64,000 nt of DNA. Source: Deltaproteobacteria bacterium. Its GTDB lineage: Bacteria > Desulfobacterota > JAENJC01. The position numbers were made by a program, and so were the translations under genes. The notes below the pieces were generated by a model, which had not been told where the DNA came from, searched no databases, and saw only the letters and a program-made list of their open reading frames with translations. The stretch spans positions 3,465 to 67,464 of the forward strand of contig JAUSKU010000036.1 in the NCBI GenBank assembly GCA_030646755.1, read 5' to 3'. Shown here in pieces: positions 38,085 through 46,336 of the stretch. Numbering within the stretch: the first letter of the stretch is position 1; every line of letters starts with the position of its first letter.

Positions 38085-38669
38085 TTGAATAAAAAAGGGA
38101 TTACATTGTTGTCGATTGCTATAGCTATGCTGGCGGCCGTATCCTTGTCCTTTTTACTTTTTCTGAGAGGCTTGGGTTCGCCTGCTGATGAGGTATCTTA
38201 TGCCGATGCCATTGTTGTCCTGACAGGGGGTTTTGGGAGGGCGGAAGAGGGGTTTAATCTGTTTAAGGAGGGGAAGGGAGGGTATCTCGTAATATCTGGC
38301 GTCGAGGGCAGTAGTAGGCTTATTGAGATATTCCCAGGCAAGGACTTGAAGGCTACTGTAGACACCTCCAGGATTCTTCTCGATGTAGAGTCGAGAAGTA
38401 CGGTTGACAATGCGGTCAATGTGAAAAGGATTGTCGATGATAAGGGTTTTAAATCAATGGTCCTTGTGACCTCCAACTACCACATGAAAAGGGCCTATAC
38501 TATCTTCAGCAAGGTCATGGATGGGGATGTGAAGATCTACAGGCATCCTGTTAAGGGGCCAAATTTCAGGGGCGAGTGGTGGAAACACCTTAAAAGCTCG
38601 AAGCTTATTTTGAATGAATACTTTAAATACTGCGGGTTTTATGCCTGGCAGAGATGGGCGAAGCTGTAA
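38085..38669 (+). CDS. DUF218 (YdcF/SanA/ElyC-family) protein
   Basis: An N-terminal TM segment, then [17 protein letters not shown] and [12 protein letters not shown]. Confidence 0.8.
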   Translation: MNKKGITLLSIAIAMLAAVSLSFLLFLRGLGSPADEVSYADAIVVLTGGFGRAEEGFNLFKEGKGGYLVISGVEGSSRLIEIFPGKDLKATVDTSRILLDVESRSTVDNAVNVKRIVDDKGFKSMVLVTSNYHMKRAYTIFSKVMDGDVKIYRHPVKGPNFRGEWWKHLKSSKLILNEYFKYCGFYAWQRWAKL

Positions 38670-38677
38670 GTTATAAA

Positions 38678-39472
38678 ATGAGAAAGATAAGACTTAAAAC
38701 AATCATACTGTTCCTTTTTTCTGTAATCGTTCTGTTTCTCGGCTTCTATCTTCTATATCCTAATGTTTCGAAGCTTAAAAAAGAGAACCCCAAGAAGACC
38801 TCTTTTATGGAATACCGGGAAAGGGAATGGGAGAGGAAAGGGAAAAAGATAAAAATAAGGCAGGCATGGGTTCCCCTTTCTCGTATATCACCTTATCTTA
38901 TGAAGGCCGTCCTGATTGCGGAGGATGACAAGTTCTGGTCCCATGAGGGTTTTGATTTCGATGCTCTTCAGAAGGCCGTTGAGAGGGATATAAAACAGAA
39001 GAAATTCAAGTTCGGCGGAAGCACCATAAGCCAGCAGCTCGCTAAAAACCTCTATCTAAGTCCAGCCAAAAATCCTGCAAGAAAGGTAAAAGAGGCGATC
39101 CTTACCTGGAGAATAGAGAGGAGCCTTTCCAAAAAAAGAATACTCGAGCTGTATCTGAATGTTGCCGAATGGGGGGAGGGGATATTCGGGATAGAGGCCG
39201 CCTCCAGACATTATTACGGGAAGCCGGCATCTGGCTTAAATCCTGAAGAGGCCGCAAGGCTTGCGGCCGTCCTTCCGAATCCGAGGAGATTTAATCCATT
39301 AGGGAATTCAAGGTACGTGGAGAACCGCTCCAGGATCATATACAAAATAATGGTCAAGAGGGGGATAGTTGTCCTGGAATACGAGGACGTCGCTGATGAT
39401 TCTGAAATACAGGAAAGCATAATATCTCCGGGGAGCCTTGGTGTTTATTCAAGTGAGGGTAAGCTACAGTGA
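38678..39472 (+). CDS. mtgA: Monofunctional peptidoglycan glycosyltransferase
   Basis: AVLIAEDDKFWSHEGFD, GGSTISQQLAKNLYL and RKVKEAILTWRIE. ATG 38678 is preferred over the overlapping track start at 38654. Confidence 0.88.
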   Translation: MRKIRLKTIILFLFSVIVLFLGFYLLYPNVSKLKKENPKKTSFMEYREREWERKGKKIKIRQAWVPLSRISPYLMKAVLIAEDDKFWSHEGFDFDALQKAVERDIKQKKFKFGGSTISQQLAKNLYLSPAKNPARKVKEAILTWRIERSLSKKRILELYLNVAEWGEGIFGIEAASRHYYGKPASGLNPEEAARLAAVLPNPRRFNPLGNSRYVENRSRIIYKIMVKRGIVVLEYEDVADDSEIQESIISPGSLGVYSSEGKLQ

Positions 39473-39515
39473 GAAAAGCTTGACGTATATACAATGTCGG
39501 GATATAAACAACTGC

Positions 39516-39764
39516 ATGGAAGAAAGAGTCATAAATATCCTTTTGGACATCAAAGCCGACATCGGTGGCCTTAAAAAGGACGTTGGAGAGCTTAAAGATG
39601 ATGCTGCTCATCTTAAAGAAGGACAACAGAGGCTTTAGGCCGATATTTCGGAGATTAAGACTGATATGGTAGAGCTCAAAGGCACTGTCAACGCCTTGGC
39701 TGATGTCTTATTGGAAACATCGAGAGAAGTTAAGCAGATGAAAGGCAAGTCGGTTCACATGTAA
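39516..39764 (+). pseudogene. Small coiled-coil ORF interrupted by one in-frame TAG (39636-39638)
   Basis: MEERVINILLDIKADIGGLKKDVGELKDDAAHLKEGQQRL-stop-ADISEIKTDMVELKGTVNALADVLLETSREVKQMKGKSVHM. The periodic L/I-K pattern continues across the stop. No clear SD. Confidence 0.35.
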
Positions 39765-39776
39765 AATATACTTTAG

Positions 39777-39982
39777 CTATTTCCCCTTCCCACTCTCCAA
39801 CACCTGTCTCAAAATCGAAGCCGTAAACCTTATGTCATCAAGCGATTGACCCTGTAAAAGCAATACAAGCTCCTGAAAGGCGGCCTTACGTTCCCTTCCT
39901 CAAACATGAACAGTTCATATACCTCAACGCCAAGGCATTCGGCGATATGCTCCAAGGTCTTGAGGTATGGGGCCTGTTTGCC
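39777..39982 (-). pseudogene. Decayed XRE-family HTH gene remnant, copy 1
   Basis: The minus strand reads GKQAPYLKTLEHIAECLGVEVYELFMFEE, then shifts frame into ERKAAFQELVLLLQGQSLDDIRFTASILRQVLESGKGK. There is no start codon and the internal HTH is deleted. Confidence 0.5.
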
Positions 39983-39990
39983 TTATATTC

Positions 39991-40018
39991 TTGCAATATG
40001 CCAGCAAAATGATATAAT
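39991..40018 (+). promoter_or_regulatory. Sigma70-type promoter of the DUF433/DUF5615 pair
   Basis: TTGCAA (39991-39996), a 16-nt spacer, then TATAAT (40013-40018). Confidence 0.55.
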
Positions 40019-40047
40019 CACGGTGTATTTTAGGTCGGAGATATTAA

Positions 40048-40377
40048 ATGAGTGCATTGCAAGAGGCAGAAAAGCTTATTTCCACAATGAATCGGGCTGA
40101 AAAAGCCCAGGTGCTTCAATGGGTCGTTAATGATCTGGGAGATGCGTTCCCTGACATTGACAGCATAGAAGGTGTTTGTGGCGGAGAGCCGTGTATTGTT
40201 CGGACGAGAATTCCGGTATGGCTTCTGGTTCAGGCCCGGAAACTGGGGATCAGCGAGGCGGAACTCCTGACCTCCTATCCAACCTTGCGGGCTGAAGACC
40301 TGGCAAATGCCTGGGCATACTATCGCGCACACCATGAAGAGATAGACCGACAGATCAAGGCGAACGAGGAAGCCTGA
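40048..40377 (+). CDS. DUF433-family protein (antitoxin-like)
   Basis: GVCGGEPCIVRTRIPVWLLVQARKLGISEAELLTSYPTLRAEDLANAWAYY is the typical DUF433 core. Confidence 0.8.
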   Translation: MSALQEAEKLISTMNRAEKAQVLQWVVNDLGDAFPDIDSIEGVCGGEPCIVRTRIPVWLLVQARKLGISEAELLTSYPTLRAEDLANAWAYYRAHHEEIDRQIKANEEA

Positions 40378-40380
40378 AAT

Positions 40381-40722
40381 ATGGCTAAGCTGTACTCTAA
40401 CGAAAACTTTCCCTTTCCGGTGGTCAAATATCTAAGGGAACTTGGCCATGATGTTTTGACCATCCAGGGAACAGTTAGAACAGGTCAATTGCTTTCCGAT
40501 GAGGAGGTTCTTTCATTTGCGGCTTCGGAGGGAAGATGTGTGCTAACCTTGAACCGCAGGCATTTTGTTAGCTTGCATAATGATAAGCCGCAACATGAAG
40601 GCATTATTGTATGCACATTTGACCCCGATTTTGCAGGTCAGGCTAAAAGGATACACGATGCAATCGGGCTTAACTCCAATCTTTCCAACCAGCTAATCCG
40701 GGTCAACCGACCTGCGAAATGA
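40381..40722 (+). CDS. DUF5615-family PIN-like protein (toxin-like partner of DUF433)
   Basis: MAKLYSNENFPFPVVKYLRELGHDV... Starts 3 nt after the DUF433 stop. Confidence 0.8.
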   Translation: MAKLYSNENFPFPVVKYLRELGHDVLTIQGTVRTGQLLSDEEVLSFAASEGRCVLTLNRRHFVSLHNDKPQHEGIIVCTFDPDFAGQAKRIHDAIGLNSNLSNQLIRVNRPAK

Positions 40723-40753
40723 TAGGCCCTGCCGAATTAGGTTATACGAGCGC

Positions 40754-40897
40754 TTAATGTTTCCTCCCCCTCTCCAACACCTGCCTTAAAATAGAAGCCG
40801 TAAATCTTATATCGTCCGGTGATTTGTCATGCATGAGTAATACAAGCTCCTGAATGGCGGCCTTCCGTTCAGACCTTCGAGGCGCTTCTTCAAACAT
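40754..40897 (-). pseudogene. XRE-gene 3' remnant, copy 2 (retains a 47-codon ORF)
   Basis: The minus strand reads ..LGDEVYELF-MFEEAPRRSERKAAIQELVLLMHDKSPDDIRFTASILRQVLERGRKH. The HTH part is absent. Confidence 0.45.
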
Positions 40898-41039
40898 AAA
40901 CAGTTCATACACTTCATCGCCAAGCCTTCGCTTCGGCTTTTTTATTGACTTGATGATGTTTTTTTGTTAAATGTGATACAGGTTTAGTCATTAGGTGGGA
41001 TAACGTGGCATTTCAAGCTGTCAAAAAAGAGATCGTCAG

Positions 41040-41357
41040 GTGAGGACGCCGGAAAAGGCGCTGTCAGTAAATGGCGTCCCGATAAGACTCGGCAATGAAC
41101 GATGGCGGCACATAGTAGAAAACCATATTGAACTTGCCGGACATTTTTATGATGTCCTTGAGACTGTTGAATCGCCCGAGTTCGTTGTTAAAGGACACCA
41201 GGATGAATTGATAGCTGTAAAGCGGTTTGATGACGGGAAATACCTTCTGGTTGTTTATAAAGAAGTGGCTGATAACGATGGTTTTATAATAACTGCCTTC
41301 TTTACGTCAAGAATAGAGCAGGTAAAAAAGCGGGGGATTCTATGGAAAAGGGATTAG
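41040..41357 (+). CDS. Putative toxin partner of DUF2283 (family not confidently recognised)
   Basis: 105-aa ORF (GTG start, weak SD) with RWRHIVENH..VLETVESPEFVVKG. It overlaps the following DUF2283 gene by 16 nt. Confidence 0.5.
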   Translation: MRTPEKALSVNGVPIRLGNERWRHIVENHIELAGHFYDVLETVESPEFVVKGHQDELIAVKRFDDGKYLLVVYKEVADNDGFIITAFFTSRIEQVKKRGILWKRD

Positions 41358-41590
41358 CAGTCAACAATATCATGTCAGAGGTTATGACTGCCATGCCTCA
41401 TCTGATGAAACTTAAGGCAAAGCATATATGGATGGATTATGATGAAGAAGCCGATGTCTTGTACGTTAACTTTGATCGGCCCCAAGCCGCGACAGACAGC
41501 GAACTACTTGAAGATGATGTAATAGTCAGATACAGAGATGATGAGGTCATAGGCCTTACTATTTTGCACACGAAGACTAGGTTGCATTAA
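41342..41590 (+). CDS. DUF2283-family protein (antitoxin-like)
   Basis: YDEEADVLYVNFDRPQAATDSELLEDDVIVRYRDDEVIGLTILH. Confidence 0.75.
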   Translation: MEKGLAVNNIMSEVMTAMPHLMKLKAKHIWMDYDEEADVLYVNFDRPQAATDSELLEDDVIVRYRDDEVIGLTILHTKTRLH

Positions 41591-41599
41591 TATCAGCTT

Positions 41600-41749
41600 T
41601 TATCTCGTCCCTTCCCCCCTCTCCAGCACCTGCCTTAAGATAGAAGCCGTAAACCTTATCTCATCCGGTGATTTATTTTGAAGTAGCATGACCAACTCAT
41701 GAATGGCAGCCTTCCGGGCCGCTCTACTATCCACTTCCTGTGTTTCCAT
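41600..41749 (-). CDS. 49-aa ORF homologous to the XRE-remnant C-terminal region, copy 3
   Basis: METQEVDSRAARKAAIHELVMLLQNKSPDEIRFTASILRQVLERGEGTR. It has an intact ATG and stop and is divergent from the MmeI-like gene. It falls below the track length cutoff. Confidence 0.35.
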   Translation of the reverse strand: METQEVDSRAARKAAIHELVMLLQNKSPDEIRFTASILRQVLERGEGTR

Positions 41750-41770
41750 TTTCCACTCTTATTTCAATAC

Positions 41771-41800
41771 TTGACTGCAATGAGCTTAAAAAGATATTAT
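41771..41800 (+). promoter_or_regulatory. Sigma70-type promoter of the MmeI-like gene
   Basis: TTGACT (41771-41776), an 18-nt spacer, then TATTAT (41795-41800). Confidence 0.5.
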
Positions 41801-41828
41801 CAGGCATTATTTTTAAAAACCTCAACTT

Positions 41829-44672
41829 ATGCCATTATCGTTAAATGAAATCAAAGATCGGGCGCTTGCTTTTTCACGCGAGTGGGAAGGTGAACGCGCC
41901 GAAAAGGCCGAGGCCCAGACCTTCTGGAACGAGTTCTTTAATGTCTTCGGCGTGTCCAGAAAAAGGCTTGCGAGCTTTGAGGAGCCTGTGCGCCGCGCAC
42001 AGGCGCAGTACAAGGAGAAAGGCGGGAAGGGCGGATTTATAGACCTCTTGTGGCGCGGCACCTTGATAGCGGAGCACAAGTCCCTTGGCCGTGATCTCGA
42101 CTCTGCATATAAACAGGCGCTGGAATATTTTGACGGCCTCTCCGAACGCGACCTCCCTCGCTATGTCATAGTATCCGATTTTGCGCGTATCCGGCTCTAT
42201 GACCTGGAAACCAACACTCCCACAGAGTTCAAACTCAAAGACCTTTATCGCCATATCAAACTTTTTGGTTTCATAGCCGGCTATACCACCCAGCGCATCG
42301 AGGCTCAGGACCCGGTCAACATCAAGGCCGCCGAGCGCATGGGGAGGCTCCATGACCGTTTGCGCGCCTCCGGTTATGACGGCCATACGCTGGAAGTGCT
42401 GCTGGTGCGACTGCTCTTCTGCCTCTTTGCCGAAGATACTACACTCTTTGAACCGAAGGGATCGTTCAAGGATTTTATCGAAAACTCCACACGCGAAGAC
42501 GGCTCCGATCTCGGACCGCAACTTTCCCTTCTCTTCCAGGTGCTGAACACACACGAGCAGAGGCGTCAAAACAACCTGGATGAGACCCTTGCCGCCTTCC
42601 CTTATGTGAACGGGCGGCTCTTTGAAGAAACGCTGCCGATTTCGTCTTGTGACAGGACCATGCGCGAAATGCTTCTGGACTGCTGCGCGCTCGACTGGGG
42701 ACGCATCTCGCCCGCCATTTTCGGGGCATTGTTTCAGTGCGTCATGGACGAGGACGGTTCGGCCCGCCGCCGCAACCTCGGTGCGCACTATACCAGCGAA
42801 GAGAACATCCTCAAGCTCATCAAGCCGTTGTTCTTAGACGAACTATGGGCCGAGTATCATGCAGCAAAACGCAGCAACAAGAAGCTCTTTGAACTGCTGA
42901 AAAAGATATCCCGCTTGAAGTTCTTCGATCCCGCGTGCGGGTGCGGAAACTTTCTTGTTATCGCGTATAGGGAACTGCGGCTCCTTGAACTCGAAATTCT
43001 CCGCGCCGCCAGTGGAACGGGACAGATGCACCTTGATATCTTCCAACTCGTGCAGGTCAATGTTAACCAGTTTTACGGCATAGAGGTCGAGGAGTTCCCG
43101 GCACAGATCGCCCAGGTAGCGCTATGGCTGACGGACCACCAGATGAACATGCTGGTGTCCGAGGAGTTCGGCCAGTATTACCGCCGCCTGCCGCTTACCC
43201 AATCGGCGTCAATACACTGCGGAAATGCGCTGCGGATGGACTGGAACAATGTCATCTCAGCTGAGCAGGTTGATTATATCCTCGGCAATCCGCCGTTTGT
43301 GGGTCATCAATGGCGCAACTCTGAGCAAGCTGCTGATATGACAGCGGTGTGGGGCAGCGAAGGCCGTTTTGGAAGGCTGGACTATGTTACGGCCTGGTAT
43401 CTGAAGGCAGTCAAGTATGTGAAAGGCGATGATCGGATAGCCGGACTACTCGATAATCTTCCTAATATGCCGGCACACCCACGTGAGCGGGTCAAGATGG
43501 CATTTGTTTCAACAAATTCCATCTCACAAGGGGAGCAGGTAGGAATTATGTGGGCAGAACTCCTACGGCTCGGGGTACGAATCCATTTTGCGCATAGGAC
43601 GTTCCGATGGAGTAATGAAGCTCGTGGACAAGCAGCTGTTCATTGCGTCATCATTGGATTTGCATTGCACGATACCGCTCGGAAAACTATCTTTGATTAT
43701 AGCGATATAAATGCTGAACCTCATGCGCGCGCAGCAAATAATATTAATCCATATCTTGTGGATGCGCCTGATATGCTGCTTCCTTCTCGTACTGACCCAC
43801 TACAGGGCAATCCACAAATGAAGAAAGGCAGTCAACCGACTGATGGTGGTTTCCTTATTCTGGATGAGGAACAACAGAAGGAGTTGCTCAGTAAAGAACC
43901 TGGTGCAAAGAAATGGATTCATCAATACATGGGCGGCGAAGAATTGATGCAGGGAACGACTCGATGGTGTCTGTGGCTCAAACAGATTAGTCCGACCGAA
44001 TTAAAGGCGCTACCGCTTGTTCGTGCAAGAGTTGCCGGTGTTCGCACCGCGCGGCTGGAGAGTCCTACAAAAAGTGTTCGTGAGTTTGCTGAATATCCTA
44101 CGTTGTTTACTCAGGACAGGCAACCTAACAAACCATACTTGGCTGTACCAGAGGTATCTTCTGAGAACCGCCGATACATACCGATCGCTTTTTTATCATC
44201 GTCAATCATAGCCAGCAATAAACTTCAAATCGTTGTAGGAGCGACCCTTTACCATCTCGGAGTTTTATCCTCGAACATGCATATGGCCTGGGTCCGAACT
44301 GTGGCAGGTAGACTTAAAAGCGATTATAGCTATTCTCCAGCAGTCTACAACAACTTCCCCTGGCCAAGCGAACCTACTGAAAAGCAGCGTGCGGCCATCG
44401 AGCAGGCGGCCCAGGCCGTCCTTGATGCCCGCGCCGCGCACCCTGACGCCTCACTCGCCGACCTCTATGACCCTGTCGCCATGCCGCCCGATCTCAGGCG
44501 GGCGCATCAGGCGCTGGACAAGGCCGTGGACGCAGCCTACGTAGGGGCAGGTTTCAAACCTGCCCCTACAAAATCCGATGCCGAACGGGTAGCATTCCTT
44601 TTTGAGCTGTACCACAAGTACACAAGCATGCTGCCAGCGCCGGAAGCGCCAAAACGGCGGAAGAAGAAATAG
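41829..44672 (+). CDS. MmeI-family Type IIL restriction-modification enzyme (single-chain nuclease, N6-adenine methyltransferase and target-recognition domain)
   Basis: N-terminal D..EHK nuclease motif (FIDLLWRGTLIAEHKS). Also LVRLLFCLFAEDT, NLGAHYTSEENILKLIKPLFLDELW, FFDPACGCGNFLVIAYRELRLLE, GNPPFVG, STNSISQGEQV and PEVSSENRRYIP. These closely follow MmeI as I recall it. Confidence 0.88.
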   Translation: MPLSLNEIKDRALAFSREWEGERAEKAEAQTFWNEFFNVFGVSRKRLASFEEPVRRAQAQYKEKGGKGGFIDLLWRGTLIAEHKSLGRDLDSAYKQALEYFDGLSERDLPRYVIVSDFARIRLYDLETNTPTEFKLKDLYRHIKLFGFIAGYTTQRIEAQDPVNIKAAERMGRLHDRLRASGYDGHTLEVLLVRLLFCLFAEDTTLFEPKGSFKDFIENSTREDGSDLGPQLSLLFQVLNTHEQRRQNNLDETLAAFPYVNGRLFEETLPISSCDRTMREMLLDCCALDWGRISPAIFGALFQCVMDEDGSARRRNLGAHYTSEENILKLIKPLFLDELWAEYHAAKRSNKKLFELLKKISRLKFFDPACGCGNFLVIAYRELRLLELEILRAASGTGQMHLDIFQLVQVNVNQFYGIEVEEFPAQIAQVALWLTDHQMNMLVSEEFGQYYRRLPLTQSASIHCGNALRMDWNNVISAEQVDYILGNPPFVGHQWRNSEQAADMTAVWGSEGRFGRLDYVTAWYLKAVKYVKGDDRIAGLLDNLPNMPAHPRERVKMAFVSTNSISQGEQVGIMWAELLRLGVRIHFAHRTFRWSNEARGQAAVHCVIIGFALHDTARKTIFDYSDINAEPHARAANNINPYLVDAPDMLLPSRTDPLQGNPQMKKGSQPTDGGFLILDEEQQKELLSKEPGAKKWIHQYMGGEELMQGTTRWCLWLKQISPTELKALPLVRARVAGVRTARLESPTKSVREFAEYPTLFTQDRQPNKPYLAVPEVSSENRRYIPIAFLSSSIIASNKLQIVVGATLYHLGVLSSNMHMAWVRTVAGRLKSDYSYSPAVYNNFPWPSEPTEKQRAAIEQAAQAVLDARAAHPDASLADLYDPVAMPPDLRRAHQALDKAVDAAYVGAGFKPAPTKSDAERVAFLFELYHKYTSMLPAPEAPKRRKKK

Positions 44673-44734
44673 AACAACCTATAGTTCCAAATACCTGTTG
44701 ATAAATGATTGTTTCACCTGGAAATACCCTCTTT

Positions 44735-44822
44735 ACCCCATCCCCACCCTGACCCTCCCCTTGAAAGGGAGGGAGAAAAATATCTCCTCTCCTTCAGGGA
44801 GAGGATTAAGGTGAGGGTGGGT
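44735..44822 (+). repeat. Nested-palindrome REP/MITE-like element, copy 1
   Basis: Outer arms ccccaccctgaccc / ggtgagggtggg enclose hairpins ccctcccc-ttgaa-agggaggg and cctctcct-tca-gggagagg. Copies also lie at 49408..49490 (minus) and 63338..63425. Confidence 0.8.
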
Positions 44823-44955
44823 TAATTTTCATTCCCCTTTGTGACCGAAGGTCATGACAATTTCGTTTGCTTGACACTGACAGAAAATTCCTGATAAAGT
44901 CGAGTAAATTATAGAATCACTGGTAAGACCTCACAACCATTCGAGCGCATAGCCT

Positions 44956-45654
44956 ATGCCATTTCCCAGAGACGTCAGAGACCTTGCCCTAGTCAAATCG
45001 CACCGTCGGTGTTGCGTGTGTCACGAGTTCGGTGGCCGAAGCGTCAACGTTCATCATATCAACCAAGAGGCCGATGGTGGTGAGAACACCATCAATAACG
45101 CGATATGCCTTTGCCTTAGATGTCACGCTGAGGCTGGACACTTCAACCCTCGCCATCCACTTGGAACAAAGTATTCCCCCAACGAGCTTAAGGCGCATCG
45201 CGATCAATGGTGGGAACACTGCTTGAGCCACCCAGAAGAACCGCTCGGGCTCTTCCTCGATGTTCGATTCAAGGCTCTGTCAAGAACAGCCAAAGTTCAT
45301 CGCTACCGGCTCGTCGTTACCTATACGAACACTATGAGGGAAGCCCAAGACGGCTGGAAGTTGAAAATCTGCTTCCCCGCGTTCCTACCACTAAGATATG
45401 ACGACTACGACCGCTCCGAAATTAGCTTTGACAGAAAGCCATATGTTCAACTCGAATCGTCGTCGAGTGACCGCATCTTTTCGGGTGAATCAGTTGACAT
45501 TGTTCCGTTTAGGGCTCATTTCATCGAGTACGAAGTAAACGACGAGGTATATCACAATATTAGGGAGCAGCACAAAATTGCGTGGAAGTTCTACACGCCT
45601 AATGCGCCAGTAATTGAGGGAGAGAAATCACTTGACGAAATGCAGGAGTTTTGA
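44956..45654 (+). CDS. HNH-nuclease-domain protein with an unrecognised C-terminal domain
   Basis: CCVCHEFGGRSVNVHHINQEADGGENTINNAICLCLRCHAEAGH (CxxC..HH..N..CxxCH). The C-terminal ~140 aa have no recognised motif. Confidence 0.7.
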   Translation: MPFPRDVRDLALVKSHRRCCVCHEFGGRSVNVHHINQEADGGENTINNAICLCLRCHAEAGHFNPRHPLGTKYSPNELKAHRDQWWEHCLSHPEEPLGLFLDVRFKALSRTAKVHRYRLVVTYTNTMREAQDGWKLKICFPAFLPLRYDDYDRSEISFDRKPYVQLESSSSDRIFSGESVDIVPFRAHFIEYEVNDEVYHNIREQHKIAWKFYTPNAPVIEGEKSLDEMQEF

Positions 45655-45664
45655 AGCCAGGTAG

Positions 45665-45700
45665 GTCGGGTAGAGCGAAGTCGCGAAACCCGACGTTTTT
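45665..45700 (+). terminator. Putative intrinsic terminator after the HNH gene
   Basis: Stem gtcgggt/acccgac with an inner gcg/cgc, followed by gttttt. Confidence 0.6.
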
Positions 45701-45795
45701 GTAAAAGGTACATTGCAAAAGGAACAGGTACGACGATATCTGCACAGTGAGATTGTAGCCTGTTGCTTGAGGTCGAGTCCTCGATGCAGGTTTTT

Positions 45796-45865
45796 GGCCC
45801 CTCACCCTGACCCTCTCCCCTGCTTGGGGCGAGGGGAATATAAGAATGTGGTGATTCCATTGTGG
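45796..45865 (+). repeat. Second repeat family, copy a
   Basis: ggcccctcaccct..cccctgcttggggcgaggggaatataagaatgtggtgattccattgtgg. A related copy lies at 46502..46585. Confidence 0.7.
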
Positions 45866-45887
45866 CAAGTTAACCCCCCTTTTTCCC

Positions 45888-45915
45888 TTGACAGCATTAT
45901 GTGCCGCTATATACT
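45888..45915 (+). promoter_or_regulatory. Sigma70-type promoter of the AbrB-type antitoxin gene
   Basis: TTGACA (45888-45893), a 16-nt spacer, then TATACT (45910-45915). Confidence 0.55.
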
Positions 45916-45962
45916 ATGAAGACAGTGAAATGTGTATTTTAAAGGCATAACGGAGGAATATC

Positions 45963-46217
45963 ATGGGAACAACTGCCACGTTTACAGCCGAGCTTCTTGG
46001 TGACGGCCATCTTTCAATCCCTGAAAAGGTGGTAAAAGCCTTGTCCCTCAAAAAAGGGGAGAAGGTAAAGGCCGTAATTGAGGCTGAGAAATTCGATAAA
46101 GAGGGGTTTTTAGGGCTTTCCGGGATATGGAAGGATAAGTCGGCAGACGAGATCGGTATATACAATAAAATTCTTGAAGAGCGGGAGAGCTTCGGGCGGG
46201 GCGAGGTCAAGCTTTGA
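45963..46217 (+). CDS. AbrB/MazE/SpoVT-type antitoxin (VapB-like)
   Basis: GDGHLSIPEKVVKALSLKKGEKVKAVIE is a swapped-hairpin-type N-terminus. It is followed by a PIN remnant. Confidence 0.75.
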   Translation: MGTTATFTAELLGDGHLSIPEKVVKALSLKKGEKVKAVIEAEKFDKEGFLGLSGIWKDKSADEIGIYNKILEERESFGRGEVKL

Positions 46218-46336
46218 TATACTGTCTTGATACCGACATACTTATTGTAAAAAGTCATAAGGCAACTCTCGTTACAAACAATTCCTTTCATTTTTCAAGG
46301 ATTGAAGGCCTTCGCATAGAGAACTGGCTGACTTGA
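46214..46336 (+). pseudogene. PIN-domain (VapC) gene remnant with an internal deletion
   Basis: A 40-codon frame LIYCLDTDILIVKSHKATLVTNNSFHFSRIEGLRIENWLT joins a PIN N-terminus (LDTDIL) directly to a PIN C-terminus (LVTNN..F.RI.GL..ENW). It overlaps the antitoxin stop. Confidence 0.5.

Noticed and set aside
39636-39638. TAG reassignment (for example pyrrolysine or a code change) as an explanation for the in-frame amber codon
   Set aside because: TAG terminates conserved genes in this same window (nusA, the merR-family gene, ridA, polX) at the expected protein ends.
41874-42788. 304-aa ORF (plus several 60-90-aa ORFs) antisense to or out of frame with the MmeI-like gene
   Set aside because: These are typical stop-poor shadow frames of a GC-rich gene, and the sense frame matches MmeI block by block.
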